Source: an uncultured Gemmatimonadales bacterium
GTDB taxonomy: Bacteria; Gemmatimonadota; Gemmatimonadetes; Gemmatimonadales; GWC2-71-9
Length of the DNA stretch: 64,000 nucleotides
Reading direction: 5' to 3'
Assembly (NCBI GenBank): GCA_963773095.1
Contig: CAVYZY010000008.1
Location: 86,246-150,245 of the forward strand
Shown: positions 1 through 8,994 of the stretch, piece by piece
Layout: every line of letters starts with the position of its first letter
Numbering within the stretch: position 1 is the first letter of the stretch
Made by a program: the position numbers and the translations under genes
The notes under the pieces: generated by a model
The model's input: only the letters and a program-made list of their open reading frames with translations
The model's database searches: none
Told to the model about the DNA's origin: nothing

Positions 1-69
1 CGGGAGCAGCTTCACGGCGGCGAAAATGGCGAGGGCATTGACCAGCAGGCGGAGGACGAAGGCCTTCAT
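1..69 (-). CDS. Phage-holin-family/YvlD-like membrane protein, N-terminal fragment (runs off the window)
   Basis: Manual translation MKAFVLRLLVNALAIFAAVKLLP from ATG at 69; GGGAG upstream. Confidence 0.6.
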   Translation of the reverse strand, partial: MKAFVLRLLVNALAIFAAVKLLP

Positions 70-94
70 CAGCGGCTCCCGAATAAGGATGGGC

Positions 95-1159
95 CTACGC
101 AATGACGCCGCCGCCCAGCACTCGGTCGGCATTGTCGTAGAGGACGCCAGACTGCCCCGGTGTGATGGCCCGGACCGCCGTCTCGAGTGCCAGGCCGATG
201 CCCCCGGCATCGAGCGACACGACCGTCGCCGGCACGGCGGGCGCGCGATAGCGCAACTGGATCCGGCAGTGGTCGCCGGCGGCGAGCGGGGCCGCGAGCC
301 AGTTGATTTCGTCCAGTGTCACGCGGTGGCCCTCCAGGTCCTCGAGCGAGCCGATGACCACCTCGCGCGCCTCCGGCCGGATGGCCACTACGTAGCGGGC
401 CTCGCTGAAGCCGCCCGGGAGGCGCTTCCGCTGGCCGATGGTGAACCGGGCGAACCCATCGTGTTCCCCGACAACCTCGCCGGTCGTCGTGACGAGGGGG
501 CCACGGGCCAGAGCGGGGGCATCGGCCGGCAGGTGCTGCTCGAGCACGCCGACGTAGTCATCGTCGGGGACGAAGCAGATCTCCACCGACTCGGGCTTGT
601 CGGCGGTTGCCAGGCCGAGGCGCCGGGCGTACGCGCGGGTCTCTACCTTCGAGAGTTCGCCCACCGGCGTGAGCATGCGTGCCACGACCGCCTGGTCGAT
701 GCCCCAGAGGAAGTAGCTCTGGTCCTTGGAGCGGTCGCGGCCCCGGTAGAGTGCGCCATCGCGCGCCACGGCATAGTGGCCAGTCGCGATCCAGTCGCAC
801 TGCAGCGCATCCGCATGGGCCAGCAGGTCGCGGAACTTGGTGAACGAGTTGCAGCGCACGCAGGGAATGGGCGTGCGCCCGCGGCTGTACTCACTCACGA
901 AGTTCTGGATGACGTGGACCGAGAACCGGTCCTCGAGGTTCAGCACGTAGTGCGGAATGCCGAGCCCGTGCGCGACGTCACGGGCGTCGTTGATGGAGTC
1001 GAGCGAGCAGCAGGGCCGGTCGGGGACGGAGTCGCCGTAGCAGAAGAGCTTCATCGTCGCACCCACGACGTCATAGCCCTGCTCCACGAGCCGCGCGGCC
1101 GCCACCGACGAGTCGACCCCGCCGGACATCGCTACCAGTACGCGCCCTGCGTCAGGCAC
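95..1159 (-). CDS. mnmA: tRNA 2-thiouridine(34) synthase MnmA
   Basis: SGGVDS PP-loop, PCVRCN, ATGHY, KDQSYFL, TIGQR, TPGQ; GTG start at 1159 overlaps the iscS stop. Confidence 0.95.
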   Translation of the reverse strand: MPDAGRVLVAMSGGVDSSVAAARLVEQGYDVVGATMKLFCYGDSVPDRPCCSLDSINDARDVAHGLGIPHYVLNLEDRFSVHVIQNFVSEYSRGRTPIPCVRCNSFTKFRDLLAHADALQCDWIATGHYAVARDGALYRGRDRSKDQSYFLWGIDQAVVARMLTPVGELSKVETRAYARRLGLATADKPESVEICFVPDDDYVGVLEQHLPADAPALARGPLVTTTGEVVGEHDGFARFTIGQRKRLPGGFSEARYVVAIRPEAREVVIGSLEDLEGHRVTLDEINWLAAPLAAGDHCRIQLRYRAPAVPATVVSLDAGGIGLALETAVRAITPGQSGVLYDNADRVLGGGVIA

Positions 1160-2327
1160 GGCCAAGGGCCCCCGCCAGCTTGCGCGCCCGCGCCGCGACC
1201 TTGGGAAGGACCGCGGCAACGCGCTCCACGTCCGCCACGGTGCTCTCGTGCCCGAACGAGAAGCGCAGCTGCCCGAGGGCCAGTTCGCGCGGCACGCCCA
1301 TGGCACCGAGGACGTGCGACGGATCCACCGCGCCGGTGGAGCAGGCGGAGCCGCCGGACGCGGCCACCCCCTGCATGTCGAGGTGCATGAGCAGCGTTTC
1401 GCTGTCGGCGCCGGCCACGGCCACCGTAAGGATGTGCGGCGCGCGGCGGCCGGCGGCACCCACCACGACGATGTCGGGAACGTCACGCAGCACCAGCGCC
1501 TCCAGCTGGTCCCGAAGCGCGGCCAGCCGTGGCATCTCGGCGGCCTGTTCCGCCGCAGCGAGACGGGCCGCGCACCCGAGCGCCACCGCCCCGGCGACAT
1601 TCTCGGTGCCGGGCCGGATGCCGTACTGCTGTTCCCCGCCATGGATGATCGACTGCACCAGTCCCCGGTCACGCACGACCAGCGCGCCGATGCCCTTGGG
1701 AGCGCCGACTTTGTGGCCGGAAAGCGTGAGGAGTGCGATGGGAAGCTCACTGAGGTCGACCGCCACCTTGCCGAACGCCTGGACGCCATCGGTGTGCAGC
1801 GGCACGCCCGCGGCAGCGCAGTGCCCGGCGATCTCCGCCATCGGCTGGAGAGTGCCCACCTCGTTGTTGACCCACATCACCGATACGACTGCGGGGCTGC
1901 GGGTGAGGGCAGCGTCGAGCGCCTCGAGCTGGAGCGATCCATCGGCATGGACCGGCAGGACGATCTCCTCCCCGCCAAGAGTGGCGACCGTGTGCGCCGC
2001 AGCCAGGATCGCCTTGTGCTCGATGGCCGACACGGCGACACATCGTGGACGGCCACGTGCGCTCGCGGCGAACGCAGCGCCGATGATCGCAAGATTGTCC
2101 GCCTCGGTGCCGCCGGAGGTGAACACCACCTGGGTCGGCTCGCAGCCGACCGCCTCCGCGATCTCGCGTCGAGCCTGCTCCAGCCCGGCCCGCGCCGCGC
2201 GGCCAAACCGGTGCGAACTCGACGGATTGCCGAAGACATCGTCGAAATACGGCCGCATTGCCTCGCGCACTTCGGCGCGAACCGGCGTCGTGGCGGCGTG
2301 ATCGAGGTAGGTCAGGGACGGTTCCAT
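1152..2327 (-). CDS. iscS: Cysteine desulfurase (IscS/NifS family)
   Basis: YLDHAATTP, FTSGGTEADN, SGHK (PLP Lys), GSACS catalytic Cys; adjacent to mnmA. Confidence 0.92.
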   Translation of the reverse strand: MEPSLTYLDHAATTPVRAEVREAMRPYFDDVFGNPSSSHRFGRAARAGLEQARREIAEAVGCEPTQVVFTSGGTEADNLAIIGAAFAASARGRPRCVAVSAIEHKAILAAAHTVATLGGEEIVLPVHADGSLQLEALDAALTRSPAVVSVMWVNNEVGTLQPMAEIAGHCAAAGVPLHTDGVQAFGKVAVDLSELPIALLTLSGHKVGAPKGIGALVVRDRGLVQSIIHGGEQQYGIRPGTENVAGAVALGCAARLAAAEQAAEMPRLAALRDQLEALVLRDVPDIVVVGAAGRRAPHILTVAVAGADSETLLMHLDMQGVAASGGSACSTGAVDPSHVLGAMGVPRELALGQLRFSFGHESTVADVERVAAVLPKVAARARKLAGALGRA

Positions 2328-2382
2328 AAGGCCTGAAATATACACGACTTACGGGAGGGGCGTGAGCACTGCACATTGGATC

Positions 2383-4212
2383 ATGCCCTCCGGTCCGCAT
2401 CCTCTCTCCGATGACACCTTCCTGGCGCTGCAGCAGGCGCTGGCCGGCAGGTATTCGCTCGAATCCGAGCTGGGCCGTGGGGCGATGGGCCTCGTGTTTC
2501 GGGCCCGGGAGGTGCGCCTCGACCGGCCGGTCGCGATCAAGCTGCTGCGGCCTGACATCGCCACCCGGGGCGACATCGGCGAGCGCTTCCTGCGCGAGGC
2601 CCGAACCGCCGCCCAGCTCAACCACCCCAACATCGTGCCGATCTACCACGCCGACGAAGTCGACGGGCTGAGCTTCTTCGTCATGGCCTGCGTGGACGGT
2701 GAGACGCTGGCCCGGCGGGTGGAACGCAAGGGCCCCATGGCGCCGTATGAGGCGGCGAGACTGCTCCGTGACATCGCCTGGGCGCTGGCGTATGCACATG
2801 CGCGAGGCGTGGTGCATCGCGACATCAAGCCGGAAAACATCCTGATCGACCGCGAGAGCCGGCGGCCGCTCGTGGCGGACTTCGGCATTGCGCAGGTGAG
2901 CCGCATTCCCGGCAGCACGCTGGTCGGCGAGATCGTGGGCACGCCCGAGTTCATGAGCCCGGAGCAGTGCGCCGGGGACAACATTGACGGCCGGAGCGAT
3001 CTCTATTCGCTCGGGATCATCGGCTACTACGTCCTCACCGGTGCCGTGCCGTTCACCGGACCCGATATCCGGTCGATCCTGACGCGTCACATCGCTACCG
3101 AGCCGCGCCCGTTGCGCGAGCTCCGACCGGACCTTCCACCCCACCTCGTCGCCACTATCAGCCGCTGCCTGGCCAAGGAGCGGGAGGCCCGCTTCGACAA
3201 CGCCGAGGCGCTCTCCCAGGCCCTCGAAGAATCCATGGATGCGCCTCGCCTGGTCCCGCTGCCGATACGCACTTATCTGCGCCGCTTTCGCCGACCCCAG
3301 TGGGAGATGCTCCTGCTGGCGAGCGTCGCCTGCGCGGCGGCGTTCGGCATCGGACAGATGGTGATACGCGGGCATGGTGGCCTCACGACGGAGGCCTTGG
3401 TTGCGGGGGCGGCGCTGGGACTCGCCTGGCTCGCGTTCACCGAGTTCCGGGAGACACGCGCGCTGGTGCGCGCGGGATACGGCCATGCGGACCTGATGCG
3501 CGCGCTCCGGGCCGAGCGCGAGGCCGAGCGACGGGAGCTGTGGGCCTCGAGTGACGACACCGCGCCCGATCCGGTACGCGTGCGGGTAATGCGTGCCGTG
3601 TTCGTGGCGGGTGTGCTCGCGACCCTGGCATCACTCGCCGGTGCAGTGCTGTTCCAGCCGGGCCTGCCGATGGGCGAGGCCGTGACCCGGATGCCGCTCC
3701 GGTTCGTCATTCCCCTGACTCTGGCGGTGGTGGTCGCCATTGCGGGAGGGGCGCGCCTGATCCTGGCGCGTGCGACCCTCTTCGGCGACGTGGCGATCCG
3801 TCTCTGGGACAGCCGGCTCATGCGCGGCGCGTTCGCGCTTGCGGGGCTGCGGGTGGAGAAGACCGGAGGGCCTCGCGGTGACCGGCCGACCGAAGTGGCG
3901 GTCGGCTCGGCGGTGATGGCGCTGCTCGACTCACTGCAACCCACCATGGCCGCGGAACTGGGGGAAATATCCGAACTGAGCCAGGGGCTCGAGGACCAGG
4001 CGCGGCGGCTTCGTGGAGAGATGATGCAGCATCCTTCGCTCGGACTCGAGCGCCAGCTCAGCGATGCCGTCGCGGTGCTGGAGGAATTCAGGATCGGATT
4101 GCTTCGGTTGCGGGGCGAGTCGCCCGATCGGGCGGGCCTGGAGCGCGCTATTGGCCGCGCACGCGTCCTGCTCGGGCAGGAGGACGGTGGCGGGTCAGGA
4201 CCGCCGAAGTAG
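2383..4212 (+). CDS. Hanks-type Ser/Thr protein kinase with C-terminal membrane segments
   Basis: GRGAMG, VAIK, HRDIKPEN, DFG, GTPEFMSPEQ, DLYSLG; hydrophobic helices after the kinase domain. Confidence 0.92.
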   Translation: MPSGPHPLSDDTFLALQQALAGRYSLESELGRGAMGLVFRAREVRLDRPVAIKLLRPDIATRGDIGERFLREARTAAQLNHPNIVPIYHADEVDGLSFFVMACVDGETLARRVERKGPMAPYEAARLLRDIAWALAYAHARGVVHRDIKPENILIDRESRRPLVADFGIAQVSRIPGSTLVGEIVGTPEFMSPEQCAGDNIDGRSDLYSLGIIGYYVLTGAVPFTGPDIRSILTRHIATEPRPLRELRPDLPPHLVATISRCLAKEREARFDNAEALSQALEESMDAPRLVPLPIRTYLRRFRRPQWEMLLLASVACAAAFGIGQMVIRGHGGLTTEALVAGAALGLAWLAFTEFRETRALVRAGYGHADLMRALRAEREAERRELWASSDDTAPDPVRVRVMRAVFVAGVLATLASLAGAVLFQPGLPMGEAVTRMPLRFVIPLTLAVVVAIAGGARLILARATLFGDVAIRLWDSRLMRGAFALAGLRVEKTGGPRGDRPTEVAVGSAVMALLDSLQPTMAAELGEISELSQGLEDQARRLRGEMMQHPSLGLERQLSDAVAVLEEFRIGLLRLRGESPDRAGLERAIGRARVLLGQEDGGGSGPPK

Positions 4213-4587
4213 CGGACGGACGGCGGAAAGCAGTGCGGCGCTGGTGAACGGTTCCCGCAAGATGGGCACGTCGGCAGGCAGCTTACGCTCCAGGTCCGGT
4301 GTCGACCGCCCGTCGTTCGCCAGGTACAGGATCGAGAGCCAGGGCAGCCGTTCCCGCAGGTCGGTGATCAGGTCCACCCCGGCCCGTCCGCCGACGCGGG
4401 AGTTGCTGATGACCAGGTCACAGGACTTGAGGCCAAGCGCGAGCTCGGTGGCGGAGACGCCGTCATAGGCCCAGAAGACGGAGTGCCCCTCGGCCTCCAG
4501 TGTCTCGATCACGAAGTTGGCAATAGTCCGGTCCTCGTCTGCCACGACGATGTAGCTTTCCCCGGTGCCGGGGATGCGGGGACACAT
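4195..4587 (-). CDS. Single-domain atypical (pseudo-)receiver protein
   Basis: REC-like pattern IVVADED...DLVISN...ILREPF; phospho-Asp and Lys positions substituted. Confidence 0.7.
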   Translation of the reverse strand: MCPRIPGTGESYIVVADEDRTIANFVIETLEAEGHSVFWAYDGVSATELALGLKSCDLVISNSRVGGRAGVDLITDLRERLPWLSILYLANDGRSTPDLERKLPADVPILREPFTSAALLSAVRPLLRRS

Positions 4588-4671
4588 TCTGAGACCTTGA
4601 ACCCGGGAGACGTCCGGGAGTGGCAGGCGGCTGGGAGGGACTGCACATGCAATATACCCCGGCGGTTCGGT

Positions 4672-5388
4672 TTACATGCTCTGCACCCCGAGTTGCGTCA
4701 CGTCGTCGACGGCGAGCGTCTCGTGGGTGAAGAATGGCTCGCCGTAGCGCGTGCGGATCTGAGAGCCGTAGTGCGCGTTCTGGATCTCGATCAACGAGTA
4801 GAGATCCTGGCCGGTCGGGAAGATCTCGCCGGCGGCCCTGGCGCCATCGAACTGGCTCCCGTAGCACCGGATCGCCTGCATCTTCCGCGTGAACTGATCG
4901 GTGATGTCCACCACGAACGTCGGCTTGAGCGGGTCCTCGCGGTAGGCGAGCGAGTAGAGCAGCTTGTGCGGCCGGTGCGGAGCGCCATCGGCCGGGAATC
5001 GGGCCAGCCCCGCGAGGAACGCGGCGTCGCGACCAAGCTCGGAAGCGATGCGATGGTCGGGATGGCGGCCGACCGGGAAGGGAAGGATCACGACGCGCGG
5101 CGCAAAGTGGCGGATATGGCCCGCCACGATGCGCCGCGTTTCGTCAGTGTTGAAGAGCCCGGCGTCGGGCAGGCCGGCATTCCGTCGTTCGGCCACGCCG
5201 AGAATCGCCGCGGCCCGCTCCGCCTCCTCGGCCCGCAGGGCCGCGCTGCCCCGAGTCCCGCTCTCACCGGCGGTGAGGTCCAGGATGCCGGTGCGGTAAC
5301 CCTGGTCGACCGCGCGCAGGAGAGTACCGGCGCAGGTGAGCTCGACATCATCCCGATGCGCCGCGATCGCCAGGATATCAACCGTCAT
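4672..5388 (-). CDS. bshB1: Bacillithiol biosynthesis deacetylase BshB1 (PIG-L family)
   Basis: AHRDDVELTC, DLTAGESGTRG, RHPDH, YGSQF, YGEPF. Confidence 0.85.
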   Translation of the reverse strand: MTVDILAIAAHRDDVELTCAGTLLRAVDQGYRTGILDLTAGESGTRGSAALRAEEAERAAAILGVAERRNAGLPDAGLFNTDETRRIVAGHIRHFAPRVVILPFPVGRHPDHRIASELGRDAAFLAGLARFPADGAPHRPHKLLYSLAYREDPLKPTFVVDITDQFTRKMQAIRCYGSQFDGARAAGEIFPTGQDLYSLIEIQNAHYGSQIRTRYGEPFFTHETLAVDDVTQLGVQSM

Positions 5389-5414
5389 CGTTCAGTTCGT
5401 CTCCATGAGGCCAG

Positions 5415-6323
5415 CTAGGCCGGCTGGGGAAGCGGACGGCGCCGGCGACGCAGCGTCCACCAGGTGCCAGCCCCGATCAGTCCCACCGGAATCACGACGC
5501 CAGACCAGCCGATCGCAAGGGTTACCAGGCCAAGGAATCGCCCCCACGCCTGCCGCACGGCATCAACCAGTGGCGATTGACCGGTCTTCTCCAGCACCGG
5601 TACGGGCTCGTGCACCGACAGGGTCAGGCGGCTGGTCGCGGCGCGCGACTTGAGGTAGCGCAGCCGTCCCTCGTAGCGCTCGATCTCCTCCCGAACCCGC
5701 GCCAGTTCCCGCTCGATCTCCAGGATATCCTGCAGCTTGCCTGGGCGCCGGGCGAGCACGTCGATCAGCCGATCCTCCAGCCGGTGCGCGTTGGCAACTC
5801 GTGCGGCGATGTCGGTGAACTGCTCGCCCACGTCCTCAGTCGTCACCTGTACCGTTTCCAGCTTGCCCAGTCCGTTGAGGCCGGAGACCGCCGCGTCAAA
5901 CTGCTCGTTGGGGATGCGGAGCTCGATCGAGGCCGAGCGCAGCCGATCGTTACCGGCCTGGATGCTGGTGTTCGCCACGAATCCCCCCATGCGGCTCGCC
6001 AGCGCCCGCACCATGTCGATGGCCGGATCGAGGGAGCGGACCTCGATGCTCGCATTGCCGGTGCGGATGAGCATTGCGTCCACCGGCAGTGCCGCGACGG
6101 TGCTCCCCGGCAAGGCGAAGCCTGCGGCTCCGTCGGCGCCTGCCGTGGCATCCTTGCGATCGATCGTGCCCGCCACCATCTGGGCCGTTTCCGCGCCCGG
6201 CGCATCGGCCGCCGCTTCACTCTTCATTGCCTGCTTGCGGAGGGCCTCGTAGTTCGACGCCCGGTCAAGGCACGCGGTGCCCAGGAGCAGGGCCAGGGCC
6301 GGGAACAGCACTGAATGACGCAT
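5415..6323 (-). CDS. DUF4349-domain lipoprotein with C-terminal TM helix
   Basis: Lipobox GTAC; EDVGEQFTD...RL..E.ELARVREEIE..EGRLRYL pattern. Confidence 0.8.
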   Translation of the reverse strand: MRHSVLFPALALLLGTACLDRASNYEALRKQAMKSEAAADAPGAETAQMVAGTIDRKDATAGADGAAGFALPGSTVAALPVDAMLIRTGNASIEVRSLDPAIDMVRALASRMGGFVANTSIQAGNDRLRSASIELRIPNEQFDAAVSGLNGLGKLETVQVTTEDVGEQFTDIAARVANAHRLEDRLIDVLARRPGKLQDILEIERELARVREEIERYEGRLRYLKSRAATSRLTLSVHEPVPVLEKTGQSPLVDAVRQAWGRFLGLVTLAIGWSGVVIPVGLIGAGTWWTLRRRRRPLPQPA

Positions 6324-6432
6324 ATCCCACCTTCGGTTCGGGTCGGGCGGGAGATGCGGTGGGCATGGAACCGTGCACAGCGCACGGGATTGCAGTTCGA
6401 TCGCCGTTCGCTGCTCGCCGATTACGCTGATG

Positions 6433-7674
6433 CTACTCGTGTCGCAGCGCCTCCACCGGGTCCATCCTTGCCGCCCTGTTGGCGGGAATCAGGCCGAAGA
6501 CCAGCCCGATACCGATGCTGACCGCCGACGCGACCACGGCGCTCCAGATCGGCACCGCCGCGGTAAACCCGAAGGCCTTCTTCACCACCTCGCCGAAGCC
6601 GAGCCCGACCGCGACGCCGATGAGGCCGCCGAGGAAGGTCAGCGTTGCCGCCTCCACCAGGAACTGCCAGAGGATTTCCCGGCGTGTCGCGCCCAGCGCC
6701 TTGCGCAGGCCGATCTCCCTGGTGCGGTCGGTGACCGACACCATCATGATCGCCATGACACCGATGCCACCGACCAGCAGCGCCACGCTGGAGAGCGCCA
6801 CCATGGCGACGAAGAAATAAGTGGTGAAGTTGCCGACGATGCTCAGGATCTGGTCCTGGGTGATGAGGTCGAAGGTGTTCGGCATGCCGGGCCGCAGGCC
6901 GCGCCCCCGGCGCAGGGCGACCGTGACGGCGTCCTGCGCCTCGGTCACGCCGGCGGACGACCGGGGCTTCACCGCAATGAAGAGGCTGTTCGTTTCATCG
7001 TAGTGATAATTGCGGCGCACGGTCTGGAACGGCATCACCGCGCCGTACTCCTGCCCCGGAGGCATGAAGATGTTCGCGGCGTTCTGGAAGATGCCGATGA
7101 TCCGCATGGCCTTCGCGCCGATGCGAACGGTGGCGCCGATGGGGTTCATCTGGCCGAAGAGGCGATGCGCCATCTCCTCCTCGATGAGCGCCACGTCGTC
7201 GCCATCGAGCTCCGCCTGGGTGAAGAAGCGCCCCTTGAGGAGGGTCCCGCCATTGATCTCGAGATAGTGATCGTCGGCGCCGAAGACACTCACTGATTGC
7301 GTGTTGACGCCCTCGAACGAGAGGCGCTGGAAGATCTGCACCCAGAGCCCGGCGTAGGAGATCTCCGGCAGCTGCGCGACCGCGGCGGCATCGGCCTCGT
7401 TGACCGGCGGGCGGATGCGGACCTCGTAGGGGAGGCGGTCGGGATTGAGGGGCACCTGGGAGAAGAACCGCATCACGTAGAAAGTGGTGGGCCCGGCGAC
7501 CTCCACGGCGTTGAAGATCTGGGTCCGGATGCCCTGGACCATCGACGCGATGGTCATGACCGTCGCCACGCCGATGACGACGCCAAGGACCGTGAGCCCC
7601 GACCGGAGCTTGCTGTTCCGCATCGTGTCGAGGGCGATGACCATGCCCTCGGCCACGTTCGGGACGCGTGCCAT
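6433..7674 (-). CDS. MacB/FtsX-type ABC permease (paralog 4)
   Basis: RSGLTVLGVVIGV; VGGIGVMAIM.VSVTDRTREIGLRKALGA; PANRAARMDP. Confidence 0.93.
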   Translation of the reverse strand: MARVPNVAEGMVIALDTMRNSKLRSGLTVLGVVIGVATVMTIASMVQGIRTQIFNAVEVAGPTTFYVMRFFSQVPLNPDRLPYEVRIRPPVNEADAAAVAQLPEISYAGLWVQIFQRLSFEGVNTQSVSVFGADDHYLEINGGTLLKGRFFTQAELDGDDVALIEEEMAHRLFGQMNPIGATVRIGAKAMRIIGIFQNAANIFMPPGQEYGAVMPFQTVRRNYHYDETNSLFIAVKPRSSAGVTEAQDAVTVALRRGRGLRPGMPNTFDLITQDQILSIVGNFTTYFFVAMVALSSVALLVGGIGVMAIMMVSVTDRTREIGLRKALGATRREILWQFLVEAATLTFLGGLIGVAVGLGFGEVVKKAFGFTAAVPIWSAVVASAVSIGIGLVFGLIPANRAARMDPVEALRHE

Positions 7675-7678
7675 GTCG

Positions 7679-8923
7679 CTATTCCGCCCGGAGCGCGGTG
7701 ATCGGGTCGAGTCGTGCTGCGCGCGCGGCCGGATACACCCCGAAGATGATGCCGGTCGCGGCACCCAGCGCGAGCGCCACCCCAACCGACCAGAGCGTGA
7801 CCTTGGCCGGCAGCGGCGTCAGGGCCGACACGGCGTAGCTGAAGAGCCAGCCCGCGCCGACCCCCATGAGGCCGCCCAGAAAGGACAGCACCACCGTCTC
7901 CACCAGGAACTGCCGGTGGATGTCCCGGTGTGTCGCACCGAGTGACTTCCGGAGCCCGATCTCGTAGGTGCGCTCGTTGACCGACATCAGCATGATGTTC
8001 ATGATGACGATGCCGCCTACCACGATGCCGATGCAGACGACACCCGGGATCATCCGGAACAGCACCCGGGTCAGGGTCTTCCAGAAGGCCACGAGGGCGT
8101 CGGCCTTGTCGACGGTGAAGTCGTTCTCCTCCCTGGGCCGCAGGCGGTGGGCGACGCGCATCGCCTCCTCGGCGCGAAGCATGGCAGCGTCGATCTCGCC
8201 GGCATCGCGCATCTTGACCGAGACGACGGTGGTCTTCCGCCTTCCGTACATCGACTCGAAAGTGCTGATCGGGAGCAGCAGGAACCCGTCGAAGGACTGC
8301 CCCAGCACGCGGCCCTTTTGGGCGATGACGCCCCTCACCTCCAGTTCGCGCCCGGCGACCCGCACCTTCCGGCCCACCGCCCGCGACGGGACGTCGAACA
8401 GCTTGCTCGCCACCTCCCAGCCCAGCACCACGACGGGCCGTCGCTCGTTGACGTCCGGCTCGCTCAGGGGATCGCCGGCGGCGAAGGTGTAGTCCTGGAC
8501 CAGCTGGTAGGGTGGGGTGACGCCGAAGATGAGCACCGAGCCCACCGTCTTGTTCCGGTATTGCACGTCGTTGATCGGGGTGGGCCACCCGGATTGCATC
8601 GAGACGGCCTCAGCATCGGGAAGTGCGCGACGCACCGTCTCGGCGTCGTCGTCCGTGATGATCGGCCGGCGCGCGAGCTTCTTCACCGTCTCGTCGTCCA
8701 GCAGCCCGACCGTGATCGGCGTGCGGCGCACCTGGAACGCGTTGGTGCCGATCATGGCGCCCGTGAGGTTCTCTCTTACGTAGGCGTTCATCCCCTGGAT
8801 CACCGCTACCACCACCACCAGGAAGGCGACGGACACGATGATGCCGAGCAGCGTGAAGAACGAGCGCAGCTTGGCCGACCAGATCGAGTCGAAGGCAAGG
8901 CGAAGGGATTCGAGGAGGGACAT
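7679..8923 (-). CDS. MacB/FtsX-type ABC permease (paralog 3)
   Basis: RSFFTLLGII; VGGIVIMNIMLMSVNERTYEIGLRK; PAARAARLDP. Confidence 0.93.
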   Translation of the reverse strand: MSLLESLRLAFDSIWSAKLRSFFTLLGIIVSVAFLVVVVAVIQGMNAYVRENLTGAMIGTNAFQVRRTPITVGLLDDETVKKLARRPIITDDDAETVRRALPDAEAVSMQSGWPTPINDVQYRNKTVGSVLIFGVTPPYQLVQDYTFAAGDPLSEPDVNERRPVVVLGWEVASKLFDVPSRAVGRKVRVAGRELEVRGVIAQKGRVLGQSFDGFLLLPISTFESMYGRRKTTVVSVKMRDAGEIDAAMLRAEEAMRVAHRLRPREENDFTVDKADALVAFWKTLTRVLFRMIPGVVCIGIVVGGIVIMNIMLMSVNERTYEIGLRKSLGATHRDIHRQFLVETVVLSFLGGLMGVGAGWLFSYAVSALTPLPAKVTLWSVGVALALGAATGIIFGVYPAARAARLDPITALRAE

Positions 8924-8930
8924 TGGATAC

Positions 8931-8988
8931 GTGAACAGTAAACGGTGAACGGTGAACAGGGGATGCCCGTTCACCGTTCACCGTTCAC
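8931..8988. repeat. Intergenic inverted array of heptamer tandem repeats
   Basis: GTGAACA GTAAACG GTGAACG GTGAACA - GGGGATGCC - CGTTCAC x3. Confidence 0.85.
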
Positions 8989-8994
8989 TGTTGT

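Noticed and set aside
1-69. Holin-family gene as a prophage sign
   Set aside because: This family is commonly chromosomal and there are no phage genes in the window
8931-8988. CRISPR-like array
   Set aside because: Units are 7 nt with no unique spacers, and no cas genes are present
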